Shown here piece after piece: positions 48,259 to 57,746 of a stretch of 64,000 nt of DNA (the first letter of the stretch is position 1; every line of letters starts with the position of its first letter). The DNA comes from a candidate division FCPU426 bacterium (GTDB lineage Bacteria > Oederibacteriota > Muellerivitia > Muellerivitales > Muellerivitaceae), in contig PLFD01000013.1 of assembly GCA_003136635.1 (NCBI GenBank), positions 54,196-118,195 of the forward strand, given 5' to 3'. The notes under the pieces are model-generated. The model ran no database searches and was not told the DNA's origin. It saw only the letters and a list, made by a program, of their open reading frames with translations. A program made the position numbers and the translations under genes.

Positions 48259-48561
48259 ATGGCAGACAACGATTGGCAGTCTCGATTAAAAACAGGCCGG
48301 AACGACGAGTGTCCTTGCGGCTCGAAGAAGAAATACAAAAAGTGCCACTTGGAAGCGGATGAAAAAGCTAAAAGCGAAGCTTTGGCCAAAACCAACGCCG
48401 AATCGGCCTCTCACGCGGATCATGATCACGACCATGAAGGCCACGACCACCATAGCCATGATCATGGGCACAAGCATGAAAAGGGCGGACCTATGAGACC
48501 CAACACATCAACCAGCACCAGCCGGCAAATCAGCGCTCCCCGCAAAACAGGTTCCGCTTAA
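48259..48561 (+). CDS. SEC-C motif protein with His/Asp-rich metal-binding tail
   Basis: A CPCGSKKKYKKCH motif followed by HADHDHDHEGHDHHSHDHGHKHE. Confidence 0.6.
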   Translation: MADNDWQSRLKTGRNDECPCGSKKKYKKCHLEADEKAKSEALAKTNAESASHADHDHDHEGHDHHSHDHGHKHEKGGPMRPNTSTSTSRQISAPRKTGSA

Positions 48562-48597
48562 AAACAATTTGGAATTAATCACTCTCAGGAGTTTTTT

Positions 48598-48987
48598 ATG
48601 TCAAAACGTGAAAATATCAGCACCGGTTCCAAATGGGAACCAATCCTCGGCTACTCGCGCGCGGTAAAAGTCGGCAATTATGTTCATGTCTCCGGCACCA
48701 CTGGCAGCGGCACGGACGGAAAAATTGTCGGTGTGGGTGATCCTTACGCTCAAACCGTTCAGGCGATTAAAAATCTTCAAGCGGGACTGGAAAGAGCGGG
48801 AGCGGATTTGGAAAACGTGGTTCGCACCCGGCTTTTTGTGACCAAGATCAGCGAATGGGAAAAATTCGGAAAAGCCCATGGCGAGTTTTTTGGGGATATC
48901 CGCCCGGCCATGACCATCGTGGAAGTTTCCAAACTCATTGATCCCGATATGATGATTGAGATTGAAGCGGACGCTTACATCGAATAA
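48598..48987 (+). CDS. RidA/YjgF-family protein
   Basis: 129 aa with the YjgF/chorismate-mutase-like fold ([13 protein letters not shown]...). Confidence 0.8.
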   Translation: MSKRENISTGSKWEPILGYSRAVKVGNYVHVSGTTGSGTDGKIVGVGDPYAQTVQAIKNLQAGLERAGADLENVVRTRLFVTKISEWEKFGKAHGEFFGDIRPAMTIVEVSKLIDPDMMIEIEADAYIE

Positions 48988-49055
48988 GAAAATCGCTGGA
49001 AAAACTTCCTTTCATTAAAAAACCAAATCCGTATCAAGTATTAAGGAAATCGCAT

Positions 49056-50021
49056 ATGCCATTACAAAAAAGAATTTTAGGTAAAACCAATATTTCCGTT
49101 GCCGATGTCGGTTTGGGCCTCTGGGCCGTCAGCGGCTCCGAGTGGGGAACCGCCGAAGACCGCGAGACTTTTGCCGCCATTGATAAGGCATTGGACATGG
49201 GCGTTAATTTTTTCGATACCGCCGATGTCTACGGAAACGGCCACAGCGAGGAACTACTCGGCCAGGCTATGAAGGGCCGGCGGGAGAAGTTTATTGTCTC
49301 CACCAAAATCGGCTGGATTGGTTATGACGGTAATCAATCCCAATACACCACCGTGGATAAATTTATCGCGGGCGTGGAATCAAACCTCAAACGGCTTCAA
49401 ACCGATTATGTGGATATTATCTTCAGTCATATTCCTTATGCCGAACCGAACCTTCATGTTTTCCTCGAGGGCTTTGAAAAACTTCAAAAACAGGGAAAAA
49501 TTAAAGGTTATGGCGCCAGCACCAGTGATTTTGATTTTCTCAAAAAATTCAACTCCAACGGCCTTTGTTCCGTGCTTCAGATTGATTACAGCCTTTTAAA
49601 CCGCACCCCCGAAGCCGAGATTCTTCCCTACTGCCAAAAAGAAAATATCGGCGTCCTCATTCGCGGCCCTCTGGTAATGGGCCTGTTAACGGGCAAATTA
49701 AATAAGGATTCCCATTTTGAGGCCAGCGATTTCAGAAGAAATTGGCAGAATAAGCCCGAGGAGAAAAAAATATTTTTGGATGACTTGGAGAAGGTGGAGC
49801 AATTGAGGCCTCTGGCCAAAGGCAAAACGCTCGCCCAGCTGTCGCTTCAATTCACCCTGGCCCACCCCGCGGTCTCGGTGATCATTCCCGGCGCCAAGCG
49901 TCCCCAGCAGGTGGAAGAAAATGTCTCAGCGGGCCTTTTGGCCCCTTTAACCGGGGCGGAACTGAAAAATATGGAAAAAATTACGCCCCAAAACGGCGGT
50001 AGAAGAATATGGCCTGCATAA
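49056..50021 (+). CDS. Aldo/keto reductase
   Basis: About 320 aa with the AKR pattern (FFDTADVYGNGHSEELLG, ...IFSHIP...). Confidence 0.85.
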   Translation: MPLQKRILGKTNISVADVGLGLWAVSGSEWGTAEDRETFAAIDKALDMGVNFFDTADVYGNGHSEELLGQAMKGRREKFIVSTKIGWIGYDGNQSQYTTVDKFIAGVESNLKRLQTDYVDIIFSHIPYAEPNLHVFLEGFEKLQKQGKIKGYGASTSDFDFLKKFNSNGLCSVLQIDYSLLNRTPEAEILPYCQKENIGVLIRGPLVMGLLTGKLNKDSHFEASDFRRNWQNKPEEKKIFLDDLEKVEQLRPLAKGKTLAQLSLQFTLAHPAVSVIIPGAKRPQQVEENVSAGLLAPLTGAELKNMEKITPQNGGRRIWPA

Positions 50022-50121
50022 CGTTAGGTCGGCCGCTATTCGGTTAGTGAAAAATTGAGTTGGTAATGATTTAAAAGTCCGTCCCCTTTTGGGGCGGGCT
50101 TTTTATCTTAAAGGAGCTGTT

Positions 50122-50595
50122 ATGGGACATTTATGGATACCCGATATTCCCGTTTGGGAGAAACTTTTGAGATCGTTCGTCATCTATTTTTTTATTCTAA
50201 TAGCCTTCCGGTTTACAGGCAAAAGACAGGTCGGCCAGCTGACGCCCTTTGACCTGGTGGTGCTTTTAATTATTTCCAATGTGGTCCAGAACGCTGTCAT
50301 CGGCAACGACAATTCCCTGGGCGGCGGAATGATCGGTGCGGTTACCATTTTGGTCCTCAACTGGGGCGTGGTTGAAATTTCCTACCGGTTTAAATTTATG
50401 CGCCGGACAATGGAAGGGAATCCTACTATCCTGATTCATAACGGAAAAATTTTGCAGGAGAACTTGAAGCGGGAAAGAATCACGCTGGAAGACCTTCAGG
50501 CGGCCCTGCGAAAAAACGGCGTGGTTGAAGCGGGCCAGGTTCGCTTCGCTGTTTTAGAAGAGAACGGACAAATTAGCGTCATCGCTAAAAATTAA
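50122..50595 (+). CDS. DUF421/YetF-like membrane protein
   Basis: Two N-terminal TM helices plus a YetF C-terminal domain. The start at 50122 has an aaggag RBS. Confidence 0.6.
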   Translation: MGHLWIPDIPVWEKLLRSFVIYFFILIAFRFTGKRQVGQLTPFDLVVLLIISNVVQNAVIGNDNSLGGGMIGAVTILVLNWGVVEISYRFKFMRRTMEGNPTILIHNGKILQENLKRERITLEDLQAALRKNGVVEAGQVRFAVLEENGQISVIAKN

Positions 50596-50605
50596 AACCG
50601 ATTAG

Positions 50606-51358
50606 TTAATTTTTATCCGCGATTTTATCTTCTGCGGATTTTCCCATCAGTTCCGCCACAACCGGAAGAGTTTTAATGTCGCTTTTGGCCGCCTGTTTGC
50701 GTAACCCCTCAAAAGTGTCCTGGGGCCAGCCCTGCTGGAAGAAATTCACCAGCCATTTGGCGATACTGCCTTTGGGGTCCGTGAAAACCCGGGCTTCCAC
50801 ATAGGTTTGATCCGGAATGGACATACGAACCAGTTTGAATTCGCAATCCACAATGCCGCGGGTATATTTTTTGATGAGCGGCGCGTCCGGGTCCGTAGTC
50901 GGTTTATAACTAACCGTCATCCACCCCGTCCTGGTGTCATAGATGACGTTCACATCGGATACAAAATCGCGGTCCGAGATAACCTGATCGAAAGGAAAGG
51001 GGATCCCCACATGGTCATACTCGATAAACTCGGTGTCCGAAATATTCCGGACCACTTTGGATAAAACCAGGCTGTTGATCCATTCCACGCCCCGGGTGGT
51101 ATCGATAATGATCGAGGCGACCTTTTCCATGGGCGCGTTCACAATCCCCTCGCCGCGAAAAGCGATAACCTGGCTTCCCTTTACGTTCGCCCAATAAGTG
51201 GTTAACCCGTTGTCATCGGAGCATTGATTCCACTGAACCACCGAATTGCTGAGAGAAACAACTGTGGTAGGAGTGGGTGTCGCTGTCTGAGACAGCTCGG
51301 CTTTTAAAAGACTAGGGAAAGACGCCAAAACCGCCAATAGGATGAAGAACTGTTTCAT
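50606..51358 (-). CDS. Secreted START/SRPBCC-like lipid-binding domain protein
   Basis: A signal peptide and an approximately 210-aa alpha/beta body with a START-like pattern. It is co-directional with the downstream lipid-modification cluster. Confidence 0.5.
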   Translation of the reverse strand: MKQFFILLAVLASFPSLLKAELSQTATPTPTTVVSLSNSVVQWNQCSDDNGLTTYWANVKGSQVIAFRGEGIVNAPMEKVASIIIDTTRGVEWINSLVLSKVVRNISDTEFIEYDHVGIPFPFDQVISDRDFVSDVNVIYDTRTGWMTVSYKPTTDPDAPLIKKYTRGIVDCEFKLVRMSIPDQTYVEARVFTDPKGSIAKWLVNFFQQGWPQDTFEGLRKQAAKSDIKTLPVVAELMGKSAEDKIADKN

Positions 51359-51428
51359 GGAACCCTCTGGTTAAAGTACGAAAATCATAGTTCGCTCATC
51401 TAAACCAGCCAAGGAGATTTATACGAAA

Positions 51429-52982
51429 TCAGTTAGCTTTTTTACGGCTATAAAGGCCTAAAAGTATTACGCCGATGAAAACGTAAACCATCCCGAAGTC
51501 TGGCGCGGCCCACAGACCGAATTGGTTGAGAATCTCTCCATCCGGCGTCAGGACATAGGCGTGAATCAGTCCCGTGAAAGAAAACAGCGAAGCCGCGAAA
51601 CACCAATAAGCCGCCTTCTTGAATTGTCTTTCAATGATGAAAACCAAAATAGCCGCGAAAATCATCGACGTTAAAAGAAACCCCTGGCTCAGTGAAATGA
51701 GTCCTTTTAAGTGAAAACTTTCCTCTAAGGCCGGAGCGGCGGCCGCTAAAGAAACATGGGCCGCCTGTAACGTCGGCTCCACTATCAACTCCAAAGTAAA
51801 AGCGGCGAAAGCGGGGATAAAACCAAAAGCCACGGCCAAAGCATGCGGCTTCGGGATTTCCTGAAAAGCCTGGGCTGTAATGATAATGGCGATCCAAAGC
51901 AAAATGCCCAGGATGCACTCCTGCGGAATCAGCCTCAAAAAGAGCGTAATCCCGCCGAACAGACATAAAAGTGAAATCAAAACCCCGTTTAGAATGGAGT
52001 AGCCGTGCCGTGCCCCCATGGCTTTCCAGCCGGGGTGGCCGATGTAGATGGTGGTGGGGAAAGCGCTGCCAAAAAAAGCGGCAGCGACGGTGGCGATACC
52101 GTTGGTTAATAAGGATGGCCGGGTGGGATAACTGTCGCCGCCCGCCTCGGCGCTTTCCAAATTTTGAAGCGACCCGATCACGTTAAAAAGTCCCATCGGA
52201 AAAATAACCGCCATGTATTTCCAACCCATAGGACTTGTCAAAAAGGAGAGGATATCCTGCGGAACAGCGTGGGGCGGATGGAATCCCCAGAGAATCGGAT
52301 CGTTGGAAACATTAAAGGAAACGAAACCGAAATATTTCAAAATCCAGGCGAAGACCGTGCCAACCACGACGGCTAAAAACCCGCCGGGCAATCCAGCCGG
52401 CCATTTCACCCGGCCCGCGTAGGAAATCAAAATTAAAAAGGTCGGTAAAAGTCCCACTAACGGATTTGAGAAAATCTGAAAAATGAATCCCATGGCGATA
52501 AAGGTAATGGCGATGCCGGCTAACGCGCAGAGAAGCGCCGCCCGGGGGGTGTTTTTGCGGATCCAATCGCCCCCATAGGCCCCGATAATTTCCATGACTC
52601 CGTTGAGAAAACAGGCGAAAAGCCCCGCCTGCCAGGCCAAATGGTAATCTTTTGTTTCCTGATAAACGGGCGCCATGATGAGAAAAATAAAGGCGATCAA
52701 ACTGGGCGTGTTAATCCCAAAAGGCAGCGCCGTGACGTCTTCCCTGCCGGAGGAGAGCGCCAGTTGACGGGCCTGCCAGGCATAGTAGAGATTGCCGATG
52801 AGAATCGAAAGTGCCGCTCCGGGCAAAACCTGTCCCGTGATAAATTCCGTGGGAAAGCCGCAGAAGAGTTTGCAAAGAATACCCATGAGCATGAGTTGAA
52901 GCAGGTTATCCACGAAGAGGCCGAAAAAGCCGTCAAGGTCTCCCCGGGTAAACCAGGGAACAGAAGAAATTTTTTTATTCAT
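51429..52982 (-). CDS. Polytopic membrane permease (family uncertain; possibly xanthine/uracil-permease-like)
   Basis: 517 aa and about 12-14 TM helices. No family assignment is possible by eye. Confidence 0.45.
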   Translation of the reverse strand: MNKKISSVPWFTRGDLDGFFGLFVDNLLQLMLMGILCKLFCGFPTEFITGQVLPGAALSILIGNLYYAWQARQLALSSGREDVTALPFGINTPSLIAFIFLIMAPVYQETKDYHLAWQAGLFACFLNGVMEIIGAYGGDWIRKNTPRAALLCALAGIAITFIAMGFIFQIFSNPLVGLLPTFLILISYAGRVKWPAGLPGGFLAVVVGTVFAWILKYFGFVSFNVSNDPILWGFHPPHAVPQDILSFLTSPMGWKYMAVIFPMGLFNVIGSLQNLESAEAGGDSYPTRPSLLTNGIATVAAAFFGSAFPTTIYIGHPGWKAMGARHGYSILNGVLISLLCLFGGITLFLRLIPQECILGILLWIAIIITAQAFQEIPKPHALAVAFGFIPAFAAFTLELIVEPTLQAAHVSLAAAAPALEESFHLKGLISLSQGFLLTSMIFAAILVFIIERQFKKAAYWCFAASLFSFTGLIHAYVLTPDGEILNQFGLWAAPDFGMVYVFIGVILLGLYSRKKAN

Positions 52983-53037
52983 GGGCCAAGCCTAAACGCC
53001 GCCCTTTGGTGGGTCAAGATTTTTTAGCCCTAATTGT

Positions 53038-54075
53038 CTATTCCATCACTTTTTTAAACAAATAATGGGACACAACCCATTCCTGCCCTTGGGCGTAGCC
53101 CCATAATTCGGCACAGGCCATGAAAAATACCCGCCAATAGGACCAGCGCCAGAGAACCTGGTCAGGACCGTAAACCCTTTTGAAAATCTCAAAAATTCGT
53201 TCTTTGTGCCGGTCAGCGTTTTGAAGCCAGGCCTCGCTGGTCTTTTGGTAATGCCTCCCATCCACCTGCCAATGTTTTGCCAGGGACAAATCATTTTGAA
53301 AATAAAGCAGTAGATCGTCCGAGGGCATGATGCCACCGCTAAAAAAATACCTAGTCATCCAGTCATTCGGGTCTTTGTCCTCAAATAAATAAGCCACCTG
53401 AACGTGGGTAAAAATATGGACAAAAAGGAGGGCCCCGGGTTTCATCCAGGAAGATACCTTGGCCAGAAGCAGCTCGTAGTTTCGCATGTGCTCGAACATT
53501 TCAATTGAAACAATCCGGTCAAAAGTCTCGGGGGAATGAAATTCTTTCAAATTAGCCGTAATCACCCTTAGGTTGGAAAAACCTCTCAAGCGGGCCTGCT
53601 CCTCAATATAAGCCCGTTGTGTTGCTGAATTGGAAAGGGCCGTAATATCACAGTCCGGATAATATTCCGCCAGATATAGCGACAAGGATCCCCATCCGCA
53701 GCCCAGATCCAATATTTTTTGTCCCTTTTGAATTCGGGCTCTTTCACAGGTCAGTTTTAACATGGCTTCTTCGGACTCGTTTAAGTCCGTGATTCCCGCC
53801 GGCCAATAACCACAGCTATATTTAAGCCTTTTTCCCAAAACCAATTGGTAAAACTCCGTCGGCACTTCATAGTGTTGTTCATTGGCGTCCGCGGTGTTAA
53901 CCGCGATGGGACTTTCTTTTAAAAACCGGATTAAATCCGAAAGGACCTGCTGGCGTCGTTCCACCGTTTCCCATCGGCCCGCTGTTTTCAATCTTTCTTT
54001 CAGCAACCGCCGGATACCCAGTCGGATCAGCGGGTCCGGGAGCAGGTTTTTTCGAATAAGAGTATCAGCGAGCAT
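53038..54075 (-). CDS. cfa: Cyclopropane-fatty-acyl-phospholipid synthase (CFA synthase) paralog 1
   Basis: SAM motif LDLGCGWGSLSLYLAE and CFA synthase C-terminal motifs. The start at 54075 has an AGGAGG RBS; the ORF track begins 33 nt earlier. Confidence 0.8.
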   Translation of the reverse strand: MLADTLIRKNLLPDPLIRLGIRRLLKERLKTAGRWETVERRQQVLSDLIRFLKESPIAVNTADANEQHYEVPTEFYQLVLGKRLKYSCGYWPAGITDLNESEEAMLKLTCERARIQKGQKILDLGCGWGSLSLYLAEYYPDCDITALSNSATQRAYIEEQARLRGFSNLRVITANLKEFHSPETFDRIVSIEMFEHMRNYELLLAKVSSWMKPGALLFVHIFTHVQVAYLFEDKDPNDWMTRYFFSGGIMPSDDLLLYFQNDLSLAKHWQVDGRHYQKTSEAWLQNADRHKERIFEIFKRVYGPDQVLWRWSYWRVFFMACAELWGYAQGQEWVVSHYLFKKVME

Positions 54076-54874
54076 CCTTCCCTCCTTGAAGCGGGAACCA
54101 GGGAACAAAGACGCTGGTGGTCCTTTGATAATGCCGATACGCTTCTCCCTTGGTTTTTAAAGCTTGGGCTTCCGTCAGCGGTATGCCGCTGACCCTCAAC
54201 AACAGGAAAAGGATGAAAAGCGGGCTGGCCACGCCAATCCATCCCCAGGGCGAGGCCAGGGCATAAAGGGCGTAAGCGATCCAGGTCAGCCACTCAAAAA
54301 AATAATTGGGGTGTCGTGAATAGCGCCACAGACCTGCCCGGCAAACTTGGCTTTTATGGTCTGGGTTCGATTTGAAACGATGAAGCTGCCAATCCGCCAG
54401 GGACTCGCCCCCAACCGCGACGAACCAAACCAAAACCCCGGCTCCTTCCGCGAATGAAAACGACGGCTGGGTATTTTGCGATGGGATCAAAAAAGGAATG
54501 GATAAGAAAACCACCAAGAGGCCCTGAAACTGGAACATCAAAAAAAATTTAAACTCGATGGCCTGTCCCCAATTTTTCCGGATCTGGGTATAACGGGGGT
54601 CTTCTGGCACTTTGGCTAACACCCTTGTCGTCAAAAGATAAAAAGCCAGCCGGCCCCCCCAAAGGGCCACCAGAAGAGCCAATAACCACCGGCGAAAGGC
54701 AAACCCCTCTCCTCCGGCCGCGAATAAAACCGCCAGAATCACATAACCCAAAGACCAGCCCACATCCACAATGGCGGCGTTTTTGGTGAAAAGGTGAATC
54801 CACCAAAGGATCAACATCATGACCGTGATAAGCGCCCAACCTGTTAACAAGAGATGGATAGAGGATTCAAGCAT
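54065..54874 (-). CDS. DUF1295-family membrane protein (isoprenylcysteine-methyltransferase / 5-alpha-reductase-like fold)
   Basis: 269 aa and 6-7 TM helices. The C-terminus carries ...GLWRYSRHPNYFFEWLTW, typical of DUF1295/ICMT-like proteins. Confidence 0.65.
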   Translation of the reverse strand: MLESSIHLLLTGWALITVMMLILWWIHLFTKNAAIVDVGWSLGYVILAVLFAAGGEGFAFRRWLLALLVALWGGRLAFYLLTTRVLAKVPEDPRYTQIRKNWGQAIEFKFFLMFQFQGLLVVFLSIPFLIPSQNTQPSFSFAEGAGVLVWFVAVGGESLADWQLHRFKSNPDHKSQVCRAGLWRYSRHPNYFFEWLTWIAYALYALASPWGWIGVASPLFILFLLLRVSGIPLTEAQALKTKGEAYRHYQRTTSVFVPWFPLQGGKDAR

Positions 54875-55343
54875 TTTTCAGTTTCCCCTTCATCAACCGG
54901 CGTAATAAAAAAACGAAAGAAGCGTAAAAACCAAGCCCTAGGGGAATGGCGACGATCCCCCAGGCCCCAATACCTTCCAGGGTGATGATCCAAAGACGCG
55001 CGATGGAACTCCAGGGGTCGTCCCGGATCATTTGAATCAATTGGGGCATCGAAAGGGAAAGAGCTTTGCCTCCAAAAAACCGTTGGCCAAGCCCCCAAAA
55101 GGGCAAAAGCAAAAGAAGTTGAAGCGGATAAACCAAATAATTTACCAGCTGGATCAGGGGCAGATTCAACCTAAATAAAACCCCCGCCAGGGCACATAAA
55201 AAGGTGGTAGAACCCAAAACGGGGAAAATCCCCAGCAGCAATCCGAGAACCAGACACCCCGCGATTTTTTCCACGCTGATCCCCTGTTGAAACAGTTCCA
55301 GAATCAATCGAGCGGCCCGCCATTGTTTCAAATGCCCGTTCAA
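54867..55343 (-). CDS. DUF2062-family membrane protein
   Basis: The DUF2062-like core runs from ...LKQWRAARLILELF...ISVEKIAGCLVLG. I chose a TTG start overlapping the upstream stop (TTGA). The ORF-track version starts at 55571 and would overlap the upstream gene by 230 nt. Confidence 0.5.
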   Translation of the reverse strand: MNGHLKQWRAARLILELFQQGISVEKIAGCLVLGLLLGIFPVLGSTTFLCALAGVLFRLNLPLIQLVNYLVYPLQLLLLLPFWGLGQRFFGGKALSLSMPQLIQMIRDDPWSSIARLWIITLEGIGAWGIVAIPLGLGFYASFVFLLRRLMKGKLKNA

Positions 55344-55681
55344 AGGGTCTTCTGACGTAACAAAAGATCCCGGATGCCCGAGTTGGGTTTTAACCGGTAT
55401 AGTTTGATGAGCATATAGGCGGCGATAGCGATATTGCCCAGTCCCATGATGAGAACAAACCATAGAATTCGCCGAAACCAGTTTTTTTCCTGGTAAGCCG
55501 TCCAGAGCCAAAAGGTCAGGAAACCAAAAAAGGTGTCGAAAAAAGTGGCCCGGCCCCATGGCAGGTTCCAAATCACCGCTCCCGCGGGAATCACATTGCC
55601 CCCGGCGAAACTGGCCCAGACATTCACCGCGATCATGACGGCTAAAATGAACCCGTATAAAAAAATCAATTTTGTTTTCAT
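55340..55681 (-). CDS. Small integral membrane protein (3 TM helices)
   Basis: I chose the ATG start at 55681; the ORF track starts at a TTG at 55738. The gene lies inside the CFA cluster. Confidence 0.45.
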   Translation of the reverse strand: MKTKLIFLYGFILAVMIAVNVWASFAGGNVIPAGAVIWNLPWGRATFFDTFFGFLTFWLWTAYQEKNWFRRILWFVLIMGLGNIAIAAYMLIKLYRLKPNSGIRDLLLRQKTL

Positions 55682-55694
55682 GGCATACTTTCTT

Positions 55695-57746
55695 TCAACG
55701 GGAAGAGGCGATTTTGAAAACCGCCTCGCTTTGTTCAATCCGTAACCCGGCCGCTTCGGCCGCCGGCAGGTCCTTGTTATTGGGCCGGGTCAGAACCAGA
55801 TGCAAATTCCCCAAAATGCGGGTCGCAAAGCCCGCTTCACAGTAGCAAAAGTAATAATTCCACATGCGTTGAAAAGCTTCGTCAAAACCGAGGACTTTGA
55901 TTTTTTCCGAATGGGCGTTGAACCGTACCCGCCATTCGGCGAGGGTGCGGGCATAGTGGATGCCGATGTTTTCCAGGTCTTCCACAATGAATCCGGAGTG
56001 TTGGGTCATCGCCTCGCTCAGGGCGCTCAGGGAAGGAATGACCGATCCCGGAAAAATATGTTTTTGGATCCAGTCGCACCGTTTTAAATAATCCTCATAG
56101 CGCTGATCCGCCTGGGTGATACTTTGGATCACCACCAGGCCATTGGATTTGAGCAGCCGGTCGCAGGCTTTGAAAAAATCACCGAAATGCTCATGGCCTA
56201 CCGCCTCGATCATTTCCACCGAGATGATCCGGTCGAACTGACCAGTCATGTGGCGGTAATCGCGAAGCAAAACTTCGACCCTGTCTTCTACCCCAGCCTG
56301 GCGCACCCTTTCCCGTGCCAATTTCAACTGTTCATCCGAAAGCGTAATAGTGGTCACCCGGCAGCCGGTGGTTTTGGCCGCTTCGATGGATAAGGCGCCC
56401 CAGCCGGATCCGATTTCCAGCAAATGGTGGTGTTTTTGAAGACGGGCTTTCTGCAGAATGGCGTGGATCTTCTTTTTTTGGGCCGCCTCCAAGCTGTGCG
56501 TGGACTCGTCAAAGATGGCGCAGGAATAGGTCATGGATTCGTCGAGGAAGGTTTTAAAAAAATCGTTGCTTAGATCGTAATGGGCTTTAATATTTTCCCG
56601 GCTTCCCGTGACGGAGTTGTGCCGGGCCAAATGGGCCATCCGGTCCAAAAACAGGCGGACCTGGGTGGTCCGGGGGTTGCGGTCAATGATCTGCTGCTGG
56701 TTTTCGATCAAAAGCCGGATAAGGCCGGTCAAGTCGTCCGTTTCCCAATCTCCCGCCGTATAACCCTCGCCAAAAGCGATATCTCCCCCCCGGATCATGT
56801 TCCAGAAAAAGTCGTAGGTTTTCACCCTCAAGGTCACCGCCAAATGCTCCGGGGACTGGGGATCGCCGAAAAGTTTAATTGTCCCATCCGGCAAAACCAT
56901 GTTCAGGCATCCCACTTTCATGCCCGAGAGCCAGTTAAAGACTCCCTTCATGGCCATTCTTTGCCATAGGCTGGGCGCCTTTACCCGGAGGGTCCAATCG
57001 CTCCGGGGATGGGGTTTGGTATAAACTTTCAGACCCTTGAGGTAAAGCCGGCCCGCCTGCCAGAGAATCCTAGGCATGCTCAGGGCGGCCGTCACAGGAA
57101 ACTTTAAGACCGTTCCCACAAAATTTTCGGATGTCATTGGCATGGCTTCCCCCCACATTCTGGAATAAAAAACCTCCCGGCCTTCGCGCAGGATATTGAT
57201 TCGGATATCCAGCTTTTTCCGGATGTCAGAAAAATAAAAATCGTACTGCCCCCGCATGTCGTTAAAAGGCGACACGTGAAAATCTTTATCAACCAAATAA
57301 TGTTCCTTGAACCCTTTTTTCGCGCTCTGGGGATCGTCCAAAAAATAAACATGCTTCTCGCCGAAGGTGTTGTTGACCTCCGCCAGGACACAGACCAAAG
57401 CCTCATCGGCCCCATAGCAGTAATAAAAGGAGGCAGGATTGAAAACATAATTGAAATAGCGGGCACTGGTGACCAATTCCACCCTTTCCACCCGGTGCGC
57501 CAGTCCCCTCTGGATCAGTAAACCGAAAAGCTTTTCACGGATACTGCCCGAACCCTTTTGTAAATGGTCCTTGTCGTATAGGGAAACCACCGCCGGTTTG
57601 TTGTAACCAAAAAACCAGAGTTTCTGGCTCAGATCCGGAAGTTCCTCCAGGTCAAAGCAGTAGAAATAAAGGGGATATTCGAATTGATGGCCCATCGGCG
57701 AGAGCCTCTGGTGCGTTACCCCTCCAGTGAAGATGCGGGAATTCAT
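55695..57746 (-). CDS. Fused DUF1365 - cyclopropane-fatty-acyl-phospholipid synthase
   Basis: The N-terminal ~250 aa carry DUF1365 hallmarks (GGVTHQRLSPMGHQFEYPLYFYCFDLEEL). The C-terminal ~420 aa are a CFA synthase (LLEIGSGWGALSIEAA...). Confidence 0.75.
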   Translation of the reverse strand: MNSRIFTGGVTHQRLSPMGHQFEYPLYFYCFDLEELPDLSQKLWFFGYNKPAVVSLYDKDHLQKGSGSIREKLFGLLIQRGLAHRVERVELVTSARYFNYVFNPASFYYCYGADEALVCVLAEVNNTFGEKHVYFLDDPQSAKKGFKEHYLVDKDFHVSPFNDMRGQYDFYFSDIRKKLDIRINILREGREVFYSRMWGEAMPMTSENFVGTVLKFPVTAALSMPRILWQAGRLYLKGLKVYTKPHPRSDWTLRVKAPSLWQRMAMKGVFNWLSGMKVGCLNMVLPDGTIKLFGDPQSPEHLAVTLRVKTYDFFWNMIRGGDIAFGEGYTAGDWETDDLTGLIRLLIENQQQIIDRNPRTTQVRLFLDRMAHLARHNSVTGSRENIKAHYDLSNDFFKTFLDESMTYSCAIFDESTHSLEAAQKKKIHAILQKARLQKHHHLLEIGSGWGALSIEAAKTTGCRVTTITLSDEQLKLARERVRQAGVEDRVEVLLRDYRHMTGQFDRIISVEMIEAVGHEHFGDFFKACDRLLKSNGLVVIQSITQADQRYEDYLKRCDWIQKHIFPGSVIPSLSALSEAMTQHSGFIVEDLENIGIHYARTLAEWRVRFNAHSEKIKVLGFDEAFQRMWNYYFCYCEAGFATRILGNLHLVLTRPNNKDLPAAEAAGLRIEQSEAVFKIASSR

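Noticed and set aside
54027-54293. ORF 54027..54293 and the long N-terminal extensions of the ORF-track genes 53038..54108 / 54867..55571 / 55340..55738
   Set aside because: These ORF-track starts force 44-230-nt overlaps between same-strand genes. Internal starts with RBSs (54075, a TTG near 55343, 55681) give compact 4-11-bp overlaps typical of operons.
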